A stretch of 64,000 nt of DNA from the human T2T-CHM13v2.0 reference genome, Homo sapiens. Shown piece after piece: positions 14,536-30,170 of this stretch (the first letter of the stretch is position 1; every line of letters begins with the position of its first letter). The notes under the pieces are model-generated. The model saw only the letters and a program-made list of their open reading frames with translations, was not told where the DNA came from and did no database searches. The stretch is from NCBI RefSeq assembly GCF_009914755.1, contig NC_060928.1, one strand, 5' to 3'. Position numbers and translations under genes: made by a program.

Positions 14536-15202
14536 TTATATTAAGTTGCCTCTCATTTGGATATTGAGTTGCAAAATGTAAATTATTCTTAGAGAAATTA
14601 TATAGGAAATGTATTTGAAATTATATAGGAATAATATTTGGAAAATTTATATATCTATATAATTTTTGTAAAAACCCCAGAAGGCAATTTTAATTTTAGT
14701 TGATTTAAACATGTTTGAATTATGCCTGTAAGAAACTTGATATATGTAAAAGATTATTTCAGTTCTCATTTAACAATTTTTTAAATTAAAATTTCAAAAT
14801 TCTTTGTAGTATCTTGGTAAAATTTTTATCTGTGTATTATTCTGGAGAAAATTGCAAGGTTAGAAAGTTAAAATCTCTTTCTCTAATTATATTAATAGCT
14901 AAAATATTTATTTCATGTCATGCTTTTGATTTCATTGCATTCTCCCTTTTTAGTATTTTTATTTTCTCCTATTCTGTGGAAGTACAATATGTGGTCCTTT
15001 CTGATATCAAATGCACATATATATTATGGACTTAAGACTTTTTACTGTGACTTTTTACTTTGCCCAATTTACTTTTTTTGCCACTTTTTACTATGACCAG
15101 TTTTAAATATATCGAAATATTTCTACCTATTAGATTGTAGAATAGTGGTATTCTTACTTGTTAGATTCAGCAGTTTTTAACAGTTTATGATTTTCACTGA
15201 AT

Positions 15203-15245
15203 GTGTGTGTGTGTTGTGTGTGTGTGCATACATGCATACGTGTGT
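15203..15245. repeat. Imperfect (TG)n microsatellite
   Basis: tgtgtgtgtgtgttgtgtgtgtgtgcatacatgcatacgtgtgt. Confidence 0.85.
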
Positions 15246-17418
15246 TTAAAACAAATTTGAAGTCAACTGCAGAAAACGCACTTTAATATTATTAGGTAGT
15301 CTAGCATGTACTTTGTAAGAATAAGGATATTATTCTATATAATCAAAATACCACTATCAGATATAAAAATTTATTTAAAGTAGGGAGTATGTAAGAGAAA
15401 GCCTAAGGAATTCATCTAAAATAATAACACCATGTAAAAATAGGGTGCTTTGGTGTTTGTTATGCATAGTGACAATCTTTTCTAAAACATATATCAGTAT
15501 GGGTGCTAATATTGCTGTGCAGTGTCACCACAGATAGCGTATCCCTCTAGATTATGTTTCTTGGCCAAATCTCCAGTTGCTATATCACCTGTAACACTGT
15601 CATGGAGACAACGCATTCTGGACAGTAGAGCAATGATACAACAATAAAATGCTAGAGTTATTATAAGTTGCATTTCCAACTTTTATTAAAATTTTCATTA
15701 GCTCTAAGCTTTAGATCACTTCTTTGACCTCCCTTCTCCCATTATTTTGAAGGCATTGATTTTCTGTGATTTTAAATTTTTAAAATGTTGTTATTTAATT
15801 TAATTTTATTTATTGTTAAACTCTGAGACCATAATAATTGGAAGAAAAATAGTGTTATTTTAGACATAGAATAAAACAGATCATACTGATAATAATAAAA
15901 ACACTTATTCTAAATTTTTCTGTGGAAGGTACATGTTTGAAAGTTCAATAGTAACTTGCACTACTCAGTTGAATTGCAAACAATGTAATATAAATATAGT
16001 TGTTACATAATGGTCATTTCAAACATCATTGATGCCATACTTTTAAAATGTTTCTCCTAATTGCTTAGGAATGAATGTATTTAAGTATTACCTCATCTTT
16101 CTAAAATGTGCAATGAAAAAATTTCAAAAATGTTTCTCAAGATGCACAGCAAAAATGTGGCCATGTAATGGAAGTAATTAAGTAGATTATTAGTCAGTGA
16201 ACAAGCACTCTAACTTATTTGCCTTATAAGGACTTATTTGATTTTTCCCTTAAGAGGCTTATATAGCAATAGATTTTATCATTTTTTTTTAGCTTCAGTC
16301 TAGGTAATTAGGTGCATCACAATTTTAAATAAAAAAATAGATATTGGAAGGAAATAGTTCAAGTGATTTGTGAATAGTTCAAGTTGTCGTCGTGGAATTA
16401 TAGCTTTCTTTGTCTTAGCCCAAAGATACTCTATGAACCATAGATACTCCATGTTACTACAAATTCATAGGCACTTGTTAAGATGTCATTAGTGGCTGTA
16501 TTGGTTGTTTGCTGAATGATAACTTTTTCCTATTTGTCTAATAAAAATTCAAGGAGAATAGAGAAAATAGGTGACAAAACCGAGAGTAGCATTTTATAAA
16601 AGCCCTGGAATGAAAATCTGGAGACTTGAATTATTGCCAAATGCTATGCTTTCTGACTTATGACAGGAATCTACCTTTTCTAGGTTTTGTTGGTAAAATT
16701 GCAAGAACACATATTGCCTTATTCCTACCGTTTCCTATTCCTTTTGCACTACAGACTTTTTTTACACTCTGTTTTTTATAAATTTTTCAAATTACACAGC
16801 GTAACAGAATATATTTTGCAGCTGAACATTCGTTTGGATTCCTGTGGCTTTTTCCAAATTACGTTTTTGATTTCTATAAATTCAACTAAATTTTCAAAAT
16901 GCAGTTGAATATATTGTTAAAATGTGATATGCTTTAAAAAGTTTTTGAAATTCATGGAAGCTTTGGAAGAAAACATGCATTACACATTTGCTCTTCTAAT
17001 GTTTTTATTTCCATTTGCTGATTTGGCCTCCGAAAATATTCAGTTTGCACTGGGGAAATAGCTGGCATGCAATCAACAGGGCAGAACAACTTGCTGTCAT
17101 TCTATGTAGCACTATGTGATGTCAAGGTCACAGTAAAGAAAAATGTTTCAAATTATCAATAGATGACTCAATTGTCATGATGTCCAAATAAAGTTATTTA
17201 CATTGCTCTCTGAGTCTCCCCATCCCCTTATTTTAGTTACCAACATTGGTTGCTGTAGAGTTTTTACCCCCTTCAAAGATTCATGGATATTCATAATTTC
17301 AACACTTTAAGACCACATAAAAAATGACCAAAGAGAAATCATTGTTGCCTATGACTGTTTTTTATTTGCAAGAACTTTAACATATTTTGAGTTTAACTTG
17401 TTTCCTTTTATTCTTTAA

Positions 17419-17529
<111 letters not shown>

Positions 17530-18953
17530 TGACTTGATGTACAGTAAATATTATACTCATAGCAGTTCAGTTTATTAAAATCAGTGTGCCATTATGATGT
17601 GAAGTATGTAAATGATATATTCTAAAACTTTTTATTTTGCTAGCTCATATCTGATCAAAGCCTTTTAGAACTCATTTGGAATAATTTGAAATGTTCCTTT
17701 AATTTATTTTAAGCTTCTCTTTATTTAAACATGTATCAGGTGTTTATTTTATTATTGATACTTATTTCCAGGCAATTCAGCATCACACCAAGGTATTTTT
17801 ATAAAGCCTGGATCAATTTTAATCAAGTGAAAAAATATCATGGTTATTTGTTTTGAAATAAATCTACTTAAAGTAAAATGAAAAACTTATTACCGGATTT
17901 AAAAAGTTAAAATGTTTTGACCATTCAAAAAATAGAAAATAGTTATAAATATATATAAACATTCAGAACTAATTATGCCTCTGGCTCATAATTAGTTAAT
18001 ATTTACAGTATTGAATGTATTAAAAATTATTTGTAGATTTTAGAGGTTTGTTTAAAATCCTGTATGCATAGCTCATATTCTAACGTTCCTTAAATTGATG
18101 GATTACTAATTAAATGCTTGAAGTACATATTTCCAAGGAATAATTTTCCCAAGCAAAAGTGCTTTGCTCCAGGCTATTGAAAAGACAGACATGTTAGAGA
18201 CAGAGTCCCTATTTGTTGTGTCAAAGTATACACCAGTGGCAGGATATTCATATTGACAGTGATAGATAAGAAAGAATAATCATGTAAATTTAGGAGAAAC
18301 AAAAACAGCAACAAAAATATTATGAAAGGCCATTAAGAAAAGGAAAAGACTATAGACTTGAAAGCTGCTCCAGAATAGAATGCATTTTGTTCGTGTTGTG
18401 TACTGACCTCTAAATCATGCTGCATTCCTTAATATGAATACTGAGGAAACTGGAATGGAGATAGCTTGTTGTACGGGAGGCTGAGACCATATTTGTCTTA
18501 ATGTTACTTCATTTACTACCTGTATAATATAGTATTCTTAATTTTAGACTGTACTGTGGAATATCAGTTCAGATTTGAAGGATTAGGAAACTAGCAGGAG
18601 TAACAAGAATCTTAAATATCATGGGACTTTATTAAACAATATTTGTTTTAACTGTTGGTGAATTGATAGTGACTAGCAAGACATGAAACAGAAAACAAAT
18701 TTTCTGTGGCCTATAAGCCTGACTGACTTCTATCCACTTTAGGCTGTTGTATGGATATCCAACAAAATTCACTCACAGAACATTAAGATATAGTATTTTG
18801 ACATGAAATACTTCAATATTTTAATGCTTTTGTTCAAGTATGTAATATAACTGAAGTTTTTCTTTAATGCATTTTGACTTCTGGCATTTATACAAAAAAT
18901 ATGTAAATAAGACATTTTAACTTTTGTCCTTTAAGAGGTAAATGATTCCCTGA

Positions 18954-19178
<225 letters not shown>

Positions 19179-19657
19179 TAAAGAAATAAAAACTATCATA
19201 CAGATTAAGTGTCTATTTTTATAGAATATTAACATAAGATACATAGTATTAAGTCAAGGTTGGAAAACTACTTCATTAACTTAGGTTATTAGTGTAGAGT
19301 GTCTTTGAAATTGAAAGCATATCTTTGGTATTGTGTTCTAAGAGTTTAAAGCACTGTTCTGGTTTTTAAACAGAGTTTCAGATGTGCCTATTAAATTTGG
19401 AAGCTGATCTCTTTCAACTGACAGGAAGAATGTATGCCTCATTTATAGAGCCTTGTAGACACATATTTGTAGAGATAGTGAGCTTTAGCCCTCTGATTAT
19501 AAAGTGAGTGTCCGTTCTTAACAATGACTCATTTGTGGTGCCATAAACTAGTATTCTTTGGTTGATGATAGTGGTGGCATTCTGCACTGCTCAGCCAGAC
19601 TTAGGGTAGAGGATGCAGCAAGAAGCATTCTTCCTGGGGATGCCACCTTTTCATTAA

Positions 19658-19795
<138 letters not shown>

Positions 19796-20029
19796 TAAGT
19801 AGAACTAGGTAGGGACTGACTTAAGGAAAAAAAAAATTAAAAGGAAAACAATTAAATGTCCATAGGTAAGATTTATTTCTTAAGATTTGCTTTGTATTTT
19901 GGCCATGAGAAAGTCTGGATTTTCCATAAAAATATTATATACTAGGTATGTGTATTCTTTGATCACAGTCCTCTGTGCATCTACTGCAAGTGTATTCTTT
20001 TCTACCACCTCAGTTACTTTCTAACAATG

Positions 20030-20920
20030 ACATTACCAACATCCCACTCACCTGAGCTAGAAACTTCAGTATAGTCAACTAGGGATTCTGTTGTGTTGTC
20101 TCTAAAATAGTGCAGTAAGTTTTTATTGATAGTCACTGTATCTTTTGATTTCAACTTCTATTCCATGTCAATGCCCTAGTTCATTCACGTATTTATCATC
20201 TCACACCTGGTCTGTTTATACATCATTAACCTAGATATTTTTGGATAGTTCCATAAATTTTTAGTTATGACTTATTCAGCAGTGTTTCCTTCTAAATTAA
20301 CTTTGGCTTGATATGTTTTGGTTACATTTGAAATACTTCCTCCATCTTATCTATTTAATATTTAAGAGATACAAATCTAGGCTATCCTTGTATCTTTCTG
20401 CTTATCTAATAGGAAAGGATATAAACTCATCTTGCATATTTCTAAATCCATAATCTATTCAGATCAGTACATCTTTCCTCCTTCCCACATATCAATTTTG
20501 TAAAACACATCCAAAGTTCTGATCACTTATTATTTTATTGCCTAATATCTGTTTTCAATAAATTTATATTTATATAAATTATCTTTTTTTAATAATCTCC
20601 CATTTCACGTGTTTTATCCTGCCAAACTGTTTTTCCTCATTCACTATCACATCTTCATGTTTTTGCTCATGATAGTTTTGATGCTTGGAATGCCTTTACC
20701 TTCCTTTTCTTATCAGTGGAAATCTTTCACATCTTTCATTCTTACCCATTCCTGAGCTGCCCACATTGGGATTTTGCTCCTACCCATAGCTGTAATCATA
20801 ATATTACCACAGTTTATCCAAATGTCTGTCTTTCTCAATGATGAGGATGGTTAAGTTACCTCTGTGTCCCTCATGATACCCAGCCCACTACTTTACACGT
20901 AGGCGATCAAGAAAGTACTG
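20030..20920. mobile_element. L2 fragments
   Basis: atcatctcacacctgg, gcttggaatgcc, tgtctgtctttctc, gtaggcgatcaagaaa are L2 3'-region-like. Confidence 0.5.
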
Positions 20921-20942
20921 ACAATTTAAACATCAACTAAGG

Positions 20943-21247
20943 AGCCGGGCACGGTGGCTCACGCCTGTAATCCCAGCACTTTAAGAGGCCGAGGCAGATG
21001 GATAACTTGAGGTCAGGAGTTCGAGACCAGTCTGGCCAATATGGTGAAACCCTGTCTCTACTAAAAATACAAAAATTAGCCAGGTGTGTTGGCGCGCACC
21101 TGTAATCAGGAGGCTAAGGCAGGAGAATAGCTGGAACCTGGGAGGCAGAGGTTGCAGTGAGCCGAGATTACGCCACTGCACTCCAGCCTGTGCAACAGAG
21201 GAAGACTCCATCTCAAAATAAATAAATAAACAAACAAACAAACAAAC
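20943..21247 (+). mobile_element. AluS with (TAAA)n(CAAA)n tail
   Basis: Full dimer; about 10-nt deletion in the right arm (tgtaatc^aggaggct). Confidence 0.95.
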
Positions 21248-21419
21248 ATTATGTAAGTACATTGTGCATATTCCTCACACACAATAAAAGAATGTTAAGA
21301 ATTTTTCTTTTACGTTAGAAGATTGTGAGACTTTCAGGGGATATTTAAGGACATGTATTTCAATTATTTTAGAAATGTGAAAACTAAATGTAGTTGCACT
21401 CTTGAAGTTAGCCCCTTGA

Positions 21420-21550
21420 GTATTAATATATACATATATAGTATTAATTAATATATACATCTATATATATAATTCATATAATGTGATATGTATATATTAA
21501 TATTTATTTGTACATGCATATACATATGTGTGTTAATATATACCTATATT
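21420..21550. repeat. Degenerate (TA)n-rich low-complexity tract
   Basis: Alternating TA/CA runs. Confidence 0.75.
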
Positions 21551-23127
21551 TGTGATTTTTATAGTAGTAATGCAGTAATGCTGAATTTTGGTAATTTATC
21601 TTGCTACTCATTTTACAGTTCAAACTTTTCTCTGTGTTGTGTTTTTGGTGCTAGGAAGGATGATACTTGTATAGGAATTGATCACTGACTGGCAAAGCAT
21701 TATAATCATTCTAACTTCATTTGGAATTACCATTGTTGACACAATTTCATAAAACATCATATTTCATGATGATTTTTCTATGATAATGCTTCACTTAAAT
21801 CTCATAAAAATTCATTTAAATTATTAAAGAGCTTGGTAGTTGGTGTGCACAAAGTACTTCAGCTCAACTAGAATAAGATACTTGTCAAGTCAAGCACATT
21901 AGCACTCCTATGGGGCTTCAATATTGGGTCTTTCATCTCATAAAAAAAGACAACAGTGTGGCAATAAATGTGTAGCATTTAACAATATCTAGTGTAATTG
22001 TTCATTGAGAACCTGCAAGGTAGTGTCATTGATATTGATGGAACATAAATCAATTCTATTTCTAACTTTAATCTAATAAGAAACACATCTTACCATCACT
22101 TTCATTTAGCTCTCCCACAAAGTTAGGCAACTGGTAACTCTTGCGATTTTTTAAAATAAGAGCTAAAATAATCTTGCCCATATTTATAGGAAGGACTATT
22201 ATGCATGAAACTACCTGTGTCTTTTAGAACATTAACTATTGTTTCCCACCTTATTCTACTATAGTCAGCTCTTATTCATTTAACATTTATTGGTAACTTT
22301 TCTGTATCAGGCCTTTAGTAGATGGGAAAATAATAAAATATAATAAGCAAAAGGTGGAGGTCAGGACTTTTTGCCACTTAGCTTCAGTGCATTTCCTCCT
22401 TAAATTGTATTATAAGTACAGTTTATGTATGACTGCAAGCATATTTGTATATATAGGCACATGCATGTTTCTAAATATATGATCTCTTTGATTCATCTTC
22501 AGTGGGACATATGCTTTAACCCTCACCCTTATATTGGTAAAAGGTTTGAACTGAGCTATAAGTATTTTATTTACATTTGCATTTAGTACAACAGTATGAG
22601 AGAACTCTGGTTGTAGCTGATTAGCAGGCTGCTCATCAGACTTTCTCAGCTACTTATCCTTATAGAGACAGGTAAGAGAGGAGGTTCTCTAACTGCCTTC
22701 TTATTTCTTCTTTTCCTTATTTTTTTCTTCAACGAAGTATTTTTCAGTGAACAGTTATTGTCATCAGTGGCATTTATTTATTTTGCAAGATGATTGATTA
22801 TTATTAGCAAAATGTGAGATTATTTTATGATAGAGATTGATTTCATTCTTTGTGAGAGATTTATATAACTATGTTTATTACCTCAGTCTATTATGTAGCC
22901 TTTTATAGCTAAATAGATTCTATTTACATGACTTCTCTCCTTTTATTAGATAATTTTTGTGGAACAATCTTACTTTTTTTAATCTACTTATCTTTAATGA
23001 TTGCCAAAAAAGTAAATAAACAAAAAAATTACAGTTAACCTGTTTCACTAATCTTTAAATTTTATGATTAAATGGTATTTAACTTTGGTCTATTTGATTA
23101 TTCAGGTTATAAAAGTAGATACTTTTG

Positions 23128-23426
<299 letters not shown>

Positions 23427-23557
23427 GTAGACACTTTTTCATCCTATACTTGTTGAATTCTCATTTTGTCCCACTTAACATACTAAGTTTTGGGAATGTA
23501 GAGTTGAACATAAGGTGTTTTCTCTCCTCAAGAAGGTTATATAGTTAGGCAGTACGG

Positions 23558-23632
23558 GTGTGCTAGCCAGGATTCTTCTTTGCGAACAACAGAGACTGGC
23601 TAACTTAAGCAGAAAAAACGATTTATTAGAAG
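23558..23632 (-). mobile_element. Short MLT1 (old MaLR) LTR end fragment
   Basis: tgtgctagccaggattctt...ctggctaacttaagcagaaaaaacgatttattagaagg. Confidence 0.55.
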
Positions 23633-24230
23633 GTCCTCGTCTCCATTTGAGACCACCTCAGCCTGGACTTTGTTGTCCATATCACTATCAGCATTTTGAT
23701 CAAAACCATTCAACAAGTCTCTAGGAAGTTCTAAACTTTTCCACATCTTTCTGTCTTCTGATCCCTCCAAACTGTACCAACCACTGCCCGTTACCCAGTT
23801 CCAAAGTTGCTTCCACATTTTCAGGTATTTTTATAGCAGTGCTCCACTCCCAGTACTAATTTTTTGTATTAGTCTGTTTTCACACTGCTATAAAGAACTA
23901 CCTGAGACTGGGTAATTTATAAAGAAAAAAGGTTTAATTTATTCACAGTTCTGCATGGCTGAGTAGGCCAAAGGAAACTTACAATCATGGTAGAAGGCAA
24001 ACGAGAAAGCAAGTACCTTCTCCACAAGGCAGCAGGAGAGAGAGAGAGTGCAGGGGAAACTGTCACTTTTAGACCATCAGATTTCGTGAGAACTCCCTTA
24101 TTATCACGAGAACAGCACAGGGGAGACCACCCCCCTGATCCAATCACTTCCCACCAGCTCGGTCCCTCGACATGTGGGGATTACAATTTGAGATGAGATT
24201 TGGGTTGGGACACAGAGTCAAACCATATCA
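23633..24230 (-). mobile_element. THE1D-type 5' LTR (23866-24230) plus about 230 bp of internal sequence (23633-23865)
   Basis: LTR tgtattagtctg...gggacacagagtcaaaccatatca. Internal part translates like the MaLR internal ORF (ORF 23600..23818, LNGFDQNADSDMDNKVQAEVVS). Confidence 0.9.
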
Positions 24231-24401
<171 letters not shown>

Positions 24402-26131
24402 TAAATCAAAACAAAAAAGAAACTGAGTTATTTTAATGAAAAGGTAAATGGCGATTAACCTAAATAATTGAAACTATTTCAAATACAGCACATAAAAAGG
24501 CAGAACCAGTTCCACCTTCATGGATAATCTAATAGATTAGCTTCCAAAGGGGTTTTGTTCCAAAAGGGTTTGGTCTACCAAATAATGTTCCAAATGGGTT
24601 TTGTTCTACCAAACCAAGGCAAAAGTAGGAAGTAGCAGATTTTGATTTACCTGATTACCATCTATGACTTATGGAGAGGTGAGGCTTTTCTGTTGATAGG
24701 GAAAGTTTTTGCTCGATGCTACAGGTAGACCTTAAAATGTCCAAACTTTAAAAGTGGCACACAAATGAGAAACAAAAATCCAACAGCCGTATACAAGAAA
24801 ACAGCATCAAACCTGGATGACATTAGAAACTAAGATAATATTTAGACATTTTAAAATCACATTAAAAATACATATTACCCTTGTCTTTCCATGACTAATA
24901 TTTGTCTAAGCATATATGTAGTTATTTTCTTAATCTGAGAGTCTAGAATTCATCTGTCTCCAAGACCTTTAATTAGTTGGGGATCAAAACACCACATTTT
25001 TGTTTTTTCACAGGACCATTGTAAAATAATACCTCTGAATAAGGCAGTGTGAAATCTATTTTTCCTTTCCAGTGTAAAACCTCATCTTATAGGAAATTGC
25101 TATGAGAGCAATTATGCTAAAAAGGATGTTTTAGATGAAATAAATTGACCACATTGCTTTACTGTCTCCCACATTTTGACTTGCAAATAACTATATTCCC
25201 TGAATAAAGCCAGTAAGAATGACTCAATAGGGGTAATTTAGTTGCTGTATAATCATCAGATGCTTCAGTTTCCTTACTATTGACTTAAGGTAGCAAATAT
25301 TTTAGTTTAAATATCTCCAAAATTTGAAATTTTTTTTTGTTTTTTTCTTCATCTAATATATTTTTAGGCATGTAATAATATTCAAATACATAATAGGTAC
25401 CTATATATGAATTAAAGCATATTATTTGAACAAAAAACTACCTGGGGCAAAAACAAATTTCATTGATTCCTCTTTTCACCCACCAATCACCTCTTTCTTC
25501 TTTCTATTACTGATTTATTAAACTCAGTTAACTGCTATAATAAATTTGTAAATGATGAGTACAAATTAATTCATCTAACTGGCGTAGTATGGATGAAAAT
25601 TATTAGGCGACTAAAGCCTACAGAAACAATTTGAAAATGAAAAAAAAGGGTAGGGGGAGAGGGAGATAAGGATTTATATTTGTGGAAAATCAAAAGGGCT
25701 GTCAAATGTCCTTATCCCAGAAATTGAAATAGTGAAATTCCTTTTAATCATTCGGTCAATTAGTTTTTGGCATTTTTCTCTTCCAATTTAATATATCAGA
25801 AGAGGCGGTTGGCAATGTCTGGTGCATCATGATCCCAACTATTCAAAGCCGACCATTTAGTGCCCTCTGTTGCTGTGCTATTGATGTTATTTTAATTTAA
25901 ACTCTAATTATTAAAGTTTTAGATATATTTATAATTGTAGCTACTATAATATTATGCCATTTAAAATTTATTTTAAAGTGGGCATCCTGTGTGCTCAGTC
26001 TTTCCCACCCTGTGTCCCAAGAATATTTGGGACTGTCATACACTCACACACTTAGACTTGCAGACACACACAATGACTAGATGGAACTTCTATATTTTGG
26101 ATAGAAAAACATCATTTTTTCTATCCATTGA

Positions 26132-26430
26132 GGCTGGCCACAATGGCCCACACTTGTAATCCAAGCACTTTGAGAGACCAAGACAGGTGGATCACCTGAG
26201 GTCAGGAGTTCAAGACCAGCCTGGGCAACACAGTGAAACCCCATCTCTACTAAAAATACAAAAATTAGCCAGGCATGGTGGCAGGTGAATGTAATCCCCG
26301 CTACTCTGGAGGCTGTCAGGAGAATCACTTGAACCTGGGAGGCAAAGTTTGCAGTGGGCCGATTGTGCCACTGCACACCAGCCTGGGTGACAAAGCAAAA
26401 CTCCATCTCAAAAAAAAAAAAAAAGAAAAA
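26132..26430 (+). mobile_element. AluS
   Basis: Full dimer with A tail. Confidence 0.94.
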
Positions 26431-26637
26431 TGTCATTGAATATGTATAAATATCAATCAATTGATGAAAATTTGCAGAAAGACATTCCTGCATGTTTCAC
26501 ATTCTATTTGACAGTCCAGGAGATTCTTTCAGATGATGAAATAAAAAATCAATCTCAATTATTAGACTGCTCATTTGACACAAATCATAAATATCATTCA
26601 TTATACTACTCCCAGTTGTTGATTTTTCTTTACTACT

Positions 26638-26992
26638 TGTCTTAGTCTAATCAGGCTGTTATAACAAAATGTCATAGACTGGGTGGCTTTTAAACAACAA
26701 ACATTTATTTCTCACAGTTCTGGAGACGCGGCACTGCAGAATTGGTGTCTGGTAAGGGCCTGCTCTGGTGCATAGACGGATGTGAGATGTGTTTTTGCTG
26801 TGTTCTCACATGTCAGATGGGATCAGGGGAGCTCTCTGGGGCCTTTTTATAAAGGCAGTGATCTCTTCATAAAGGCAGAGTCCTCCTGATCCTCAAATCA
26901 CCTTCCAAGGGCTCTGCCTTCAAATACTATCACCATGAAGATCAGGTTTCAACATGTGAATTTTGGGGGGATATAATATTCAGTTCCTAGCA
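26638..26992 (-). mobile_element. MLT1A-like MaLR solo LTR
   Basis: tgtcttagtc...ataacaaaatgtcatagactgggtggctt...atttctcacagttctggag...ttttggggggatataatattcagttcctagca. Confidence 0.85.
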
Positions 26993-27047
26993 CCAGTTAA
27001 CTGTTAACTTTACTGTTAACCTTACTTAATTCATCTTTTGAAAATAA

Positions 27048-27359
27048 TGTTCTTTCCTTTCTTTTTTTCTTTTTTAAGAGACAGGGTCTTACTCTGTTGC
27101 TCAGGCTGGAGCGCAGTGGTACGATCCTAGCTCACTGCAGACTCAAACTCCTGGGCTCAAGTCATCCCTCCACCTCAGCCTCTGAAGTAGCTAGGATTAC
27201 AGGTTTGCGCCACTATGCCCAGCTAATTTTTGAATTTTTTGTAGAGATGGGGTCTTACCATGTTTCCTAGGCTGGTCTCAAACTCCCGACCTCAAACAGT
27301 CCTCCCAGGTTGGCCTTCCGAAGTGCTAGGATTACAGGCATGAGCCACTGCAACCAGCC
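27048..27359 (-). mobile_element. AluJ
   Basis: T-rich tail, then gagacagggtct...gctcactgcag...ctcctgggctcaag. Confidence 0.93.
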
Positions 27360-27877
27360 AAAAGTAATTTTCTTTAATTAACTTCTTCTTTGAAACGTTT
27401 CTTTTATTAACAAAATTCTTCCATGAGTAGAAAAAGTAATTTCTTCTTTTTGATAAACCAACATCTTTGATAAATAAGTTTAACTCTCTTTTTCTCAAAG
27501 AGGAAAAATAAACTTTCTTTACTTTCATATTTAGTACTGAAATAATATTGAATTATTGTCAGATAACCACACTGACAAAGTAGTAACCTAAGTAATTAAT
27601 ATGAATTCTGAGGATAAAATTATATTAGAAATAAATGTGTATTGATGGCTTCAGCTTAACTATATGTCTTAGAAATACAACATCGTCATCATGATATAAG
27701 TGTCATCACCATGATAATTAGTTTATTTTCTGATGTATTTCCGAATGCTTCTAAAAATGATGTAAGCATATTTTCTAATATATAGATAATTACAAAAGCA
27801 CTTGAACTGATTATTTGGAAGCTTTTGTTGAACTTAAATTTGAAAGGATACCAGAAACTAGTCATATGTAGTAATAA

Positions 27878-28210
<333 letters not shown>

Positions 28211-28999
28211 TAAGGCTGACTGGGTATCTTTGAATTGTATTTATGCAGTTTATTATTTCACTTTCCCAAAAATGTAAACTGATATTTTTGATATGATAGA
28301 GTAACATTTTGCTTGATTAAAAATCACCCATGATGATTTTATATTTTATTTTATTTTTCCTGGAGACTGTGTGATTTCATGCATTTTTTAGACTTGCTTT
28401 CTTTTTTAAGATTTAGCTGTTTTATTTCTAAACTTTGGTGCTTTCCAAGAATGAGTGTGAGCTATTGAGCCATAAATTAATATTATTAAATATTTCTTTT
28501 TTACTGAAGCATTTTTTGTACTTAGTTCTATAATTTATGTTATAAGGATTTTAAAAAGGCCTGGGGTTTGCCATAACACGTGCTGCTACCATAGGAATCT
28601 GTGTTATACCAGGTACAATTTCTGGAGAAAATCCAGTGAAATGAGTCATTTCCAAGCTAATATAAATAGTTTTTTCTGAGATTTTCCTCTTAAACTTGAC
28701 TACCCTAAAGACAAATTCTTAGGAAAATTTTCAGTAATTGAAATATAATTTCTACTTAAAACCTATTTTTCTCTGATAGTTGATATTTGATAATGGCCTC
28801 AATGTAAGACTTTTTAACTTTTACGTGCATAAAGATCAGTATATTTCAGTTGCCGAAAAATATTCTGTTGTTTGGAATTTTCTTGTAAGGTATTTTAAGC
28901 ATAAGCAAAGTAAAAATGTGTTTTTATTTTCTTATTCATGATCAGTTTTGTTACAAACATTGAATTCCTTCTGTAATTAACAATACTGATCTCTTTATT

Positions 29000-30170
29000 T
29001 GCTCATTATATATTTGATGCCGATTATTTATTGAGCCAATGTTAGGCGTTGAAGATACTGTCATGGAAAATACAAAGTTTAGTGTGGGATATGTGCATAT
29101 ATATAAATGATTGCAAGTGAGTGAGAAAAGTGACAGTAATTAGTAATATATGTTGAAAATACCATAGAGTCCAAGCAAGGCATGACGAAAAGTCCCTTAG
29201 TGAGTCAAGGGAGTTGTAAAGGAATGGAAATTTAGAAGTAAAGCAGAAGTATTTCAGGCGGACAGAAGAGTGATTAAATTTCAAGCGAAAAGGACTTCAT
29301 GAGCAAAGCTACAATTACAGAAAATTGAATTATTTTTATGTGACCATTATGGTTGATGGTAAGTTACAAGTGGGAGATTAGTTGGTATCTTATCCTTTAC
29401 TTAGGAAAGATTCTCTATGATGTAAACCTGGGGAGGAAATTCAGGTTTTATTCTCTAGCTAGTGGGGAATAATTAAAGGATTATAAGCAGGAAAAGTTCA
29501 GATTAAAATAAAGAGAACTCATTTTCCCAGTCAGACTTATAGCGATCGTTAACTGGGTGGTGGCGGGGGGGTGCCTGAAGTCCAGGAAACCTAATAGAAA
29601 TCTAAATAAGTAGGTATGAGAGGTGACTAAGTTCTTAGGGTAGTACACATCAAGAGGAAGAAGAGGAAATAGTCTTTCAAAAATATTTTAAGAGGAATAT
29701 CATCATGTGAGGGGAAATCTTCAAAAGTTTTCTTTTTAGACAACAAGATGAATGTTGGTACCATCACATGAAACATTTGAGATATTGAAATATTGATAAA
29801 ACAGCATGTTTTTGAGAAAGAGAAGGACAAATAATGATTCAATTTAGCATATCCTTGAATTTAAAAAGCCTTTGTATGATCCTTATTTTGTAGAGAAAGG
29901 AAAGGTGAGTCTGGACTTCAGGATGTATCTAAAGATAAAAAATTGACATAGATTTCACTAATTAGGGAAAAACTGGATGGAGAATAGAAAAAGGTTGAGA
30001 CTATAAAATGGGTAAAAACAATATTTAAGCAATACTTGGTAGAGTATGTCCTAAAAGACTAAGAAGGTATTGCCTGAAAGGTAAGAGAAAAATCAGTGGA
30101 TTGTGGTGTCCTAGAAGCCAAGGAAATAAATAATTTGAAGAATGGTGAAGTGATCTGTAGGGTTAGATAT
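29000..30170. mobile_element. Degraded L2
   Basis: tttattgagcca, aggattataagcagga, gtggtgtcctagaagccaagg motifs. Confidence 0.55.

Noticed and set aside
14594-15100. Short direct repeats (gaaattatatagga twice; actttttact units) that could superficially suggest an array
   Set aside because: Ordinary slippage duplications in a eukaryotic intron; no repeat-spacer structure and no cas genes.
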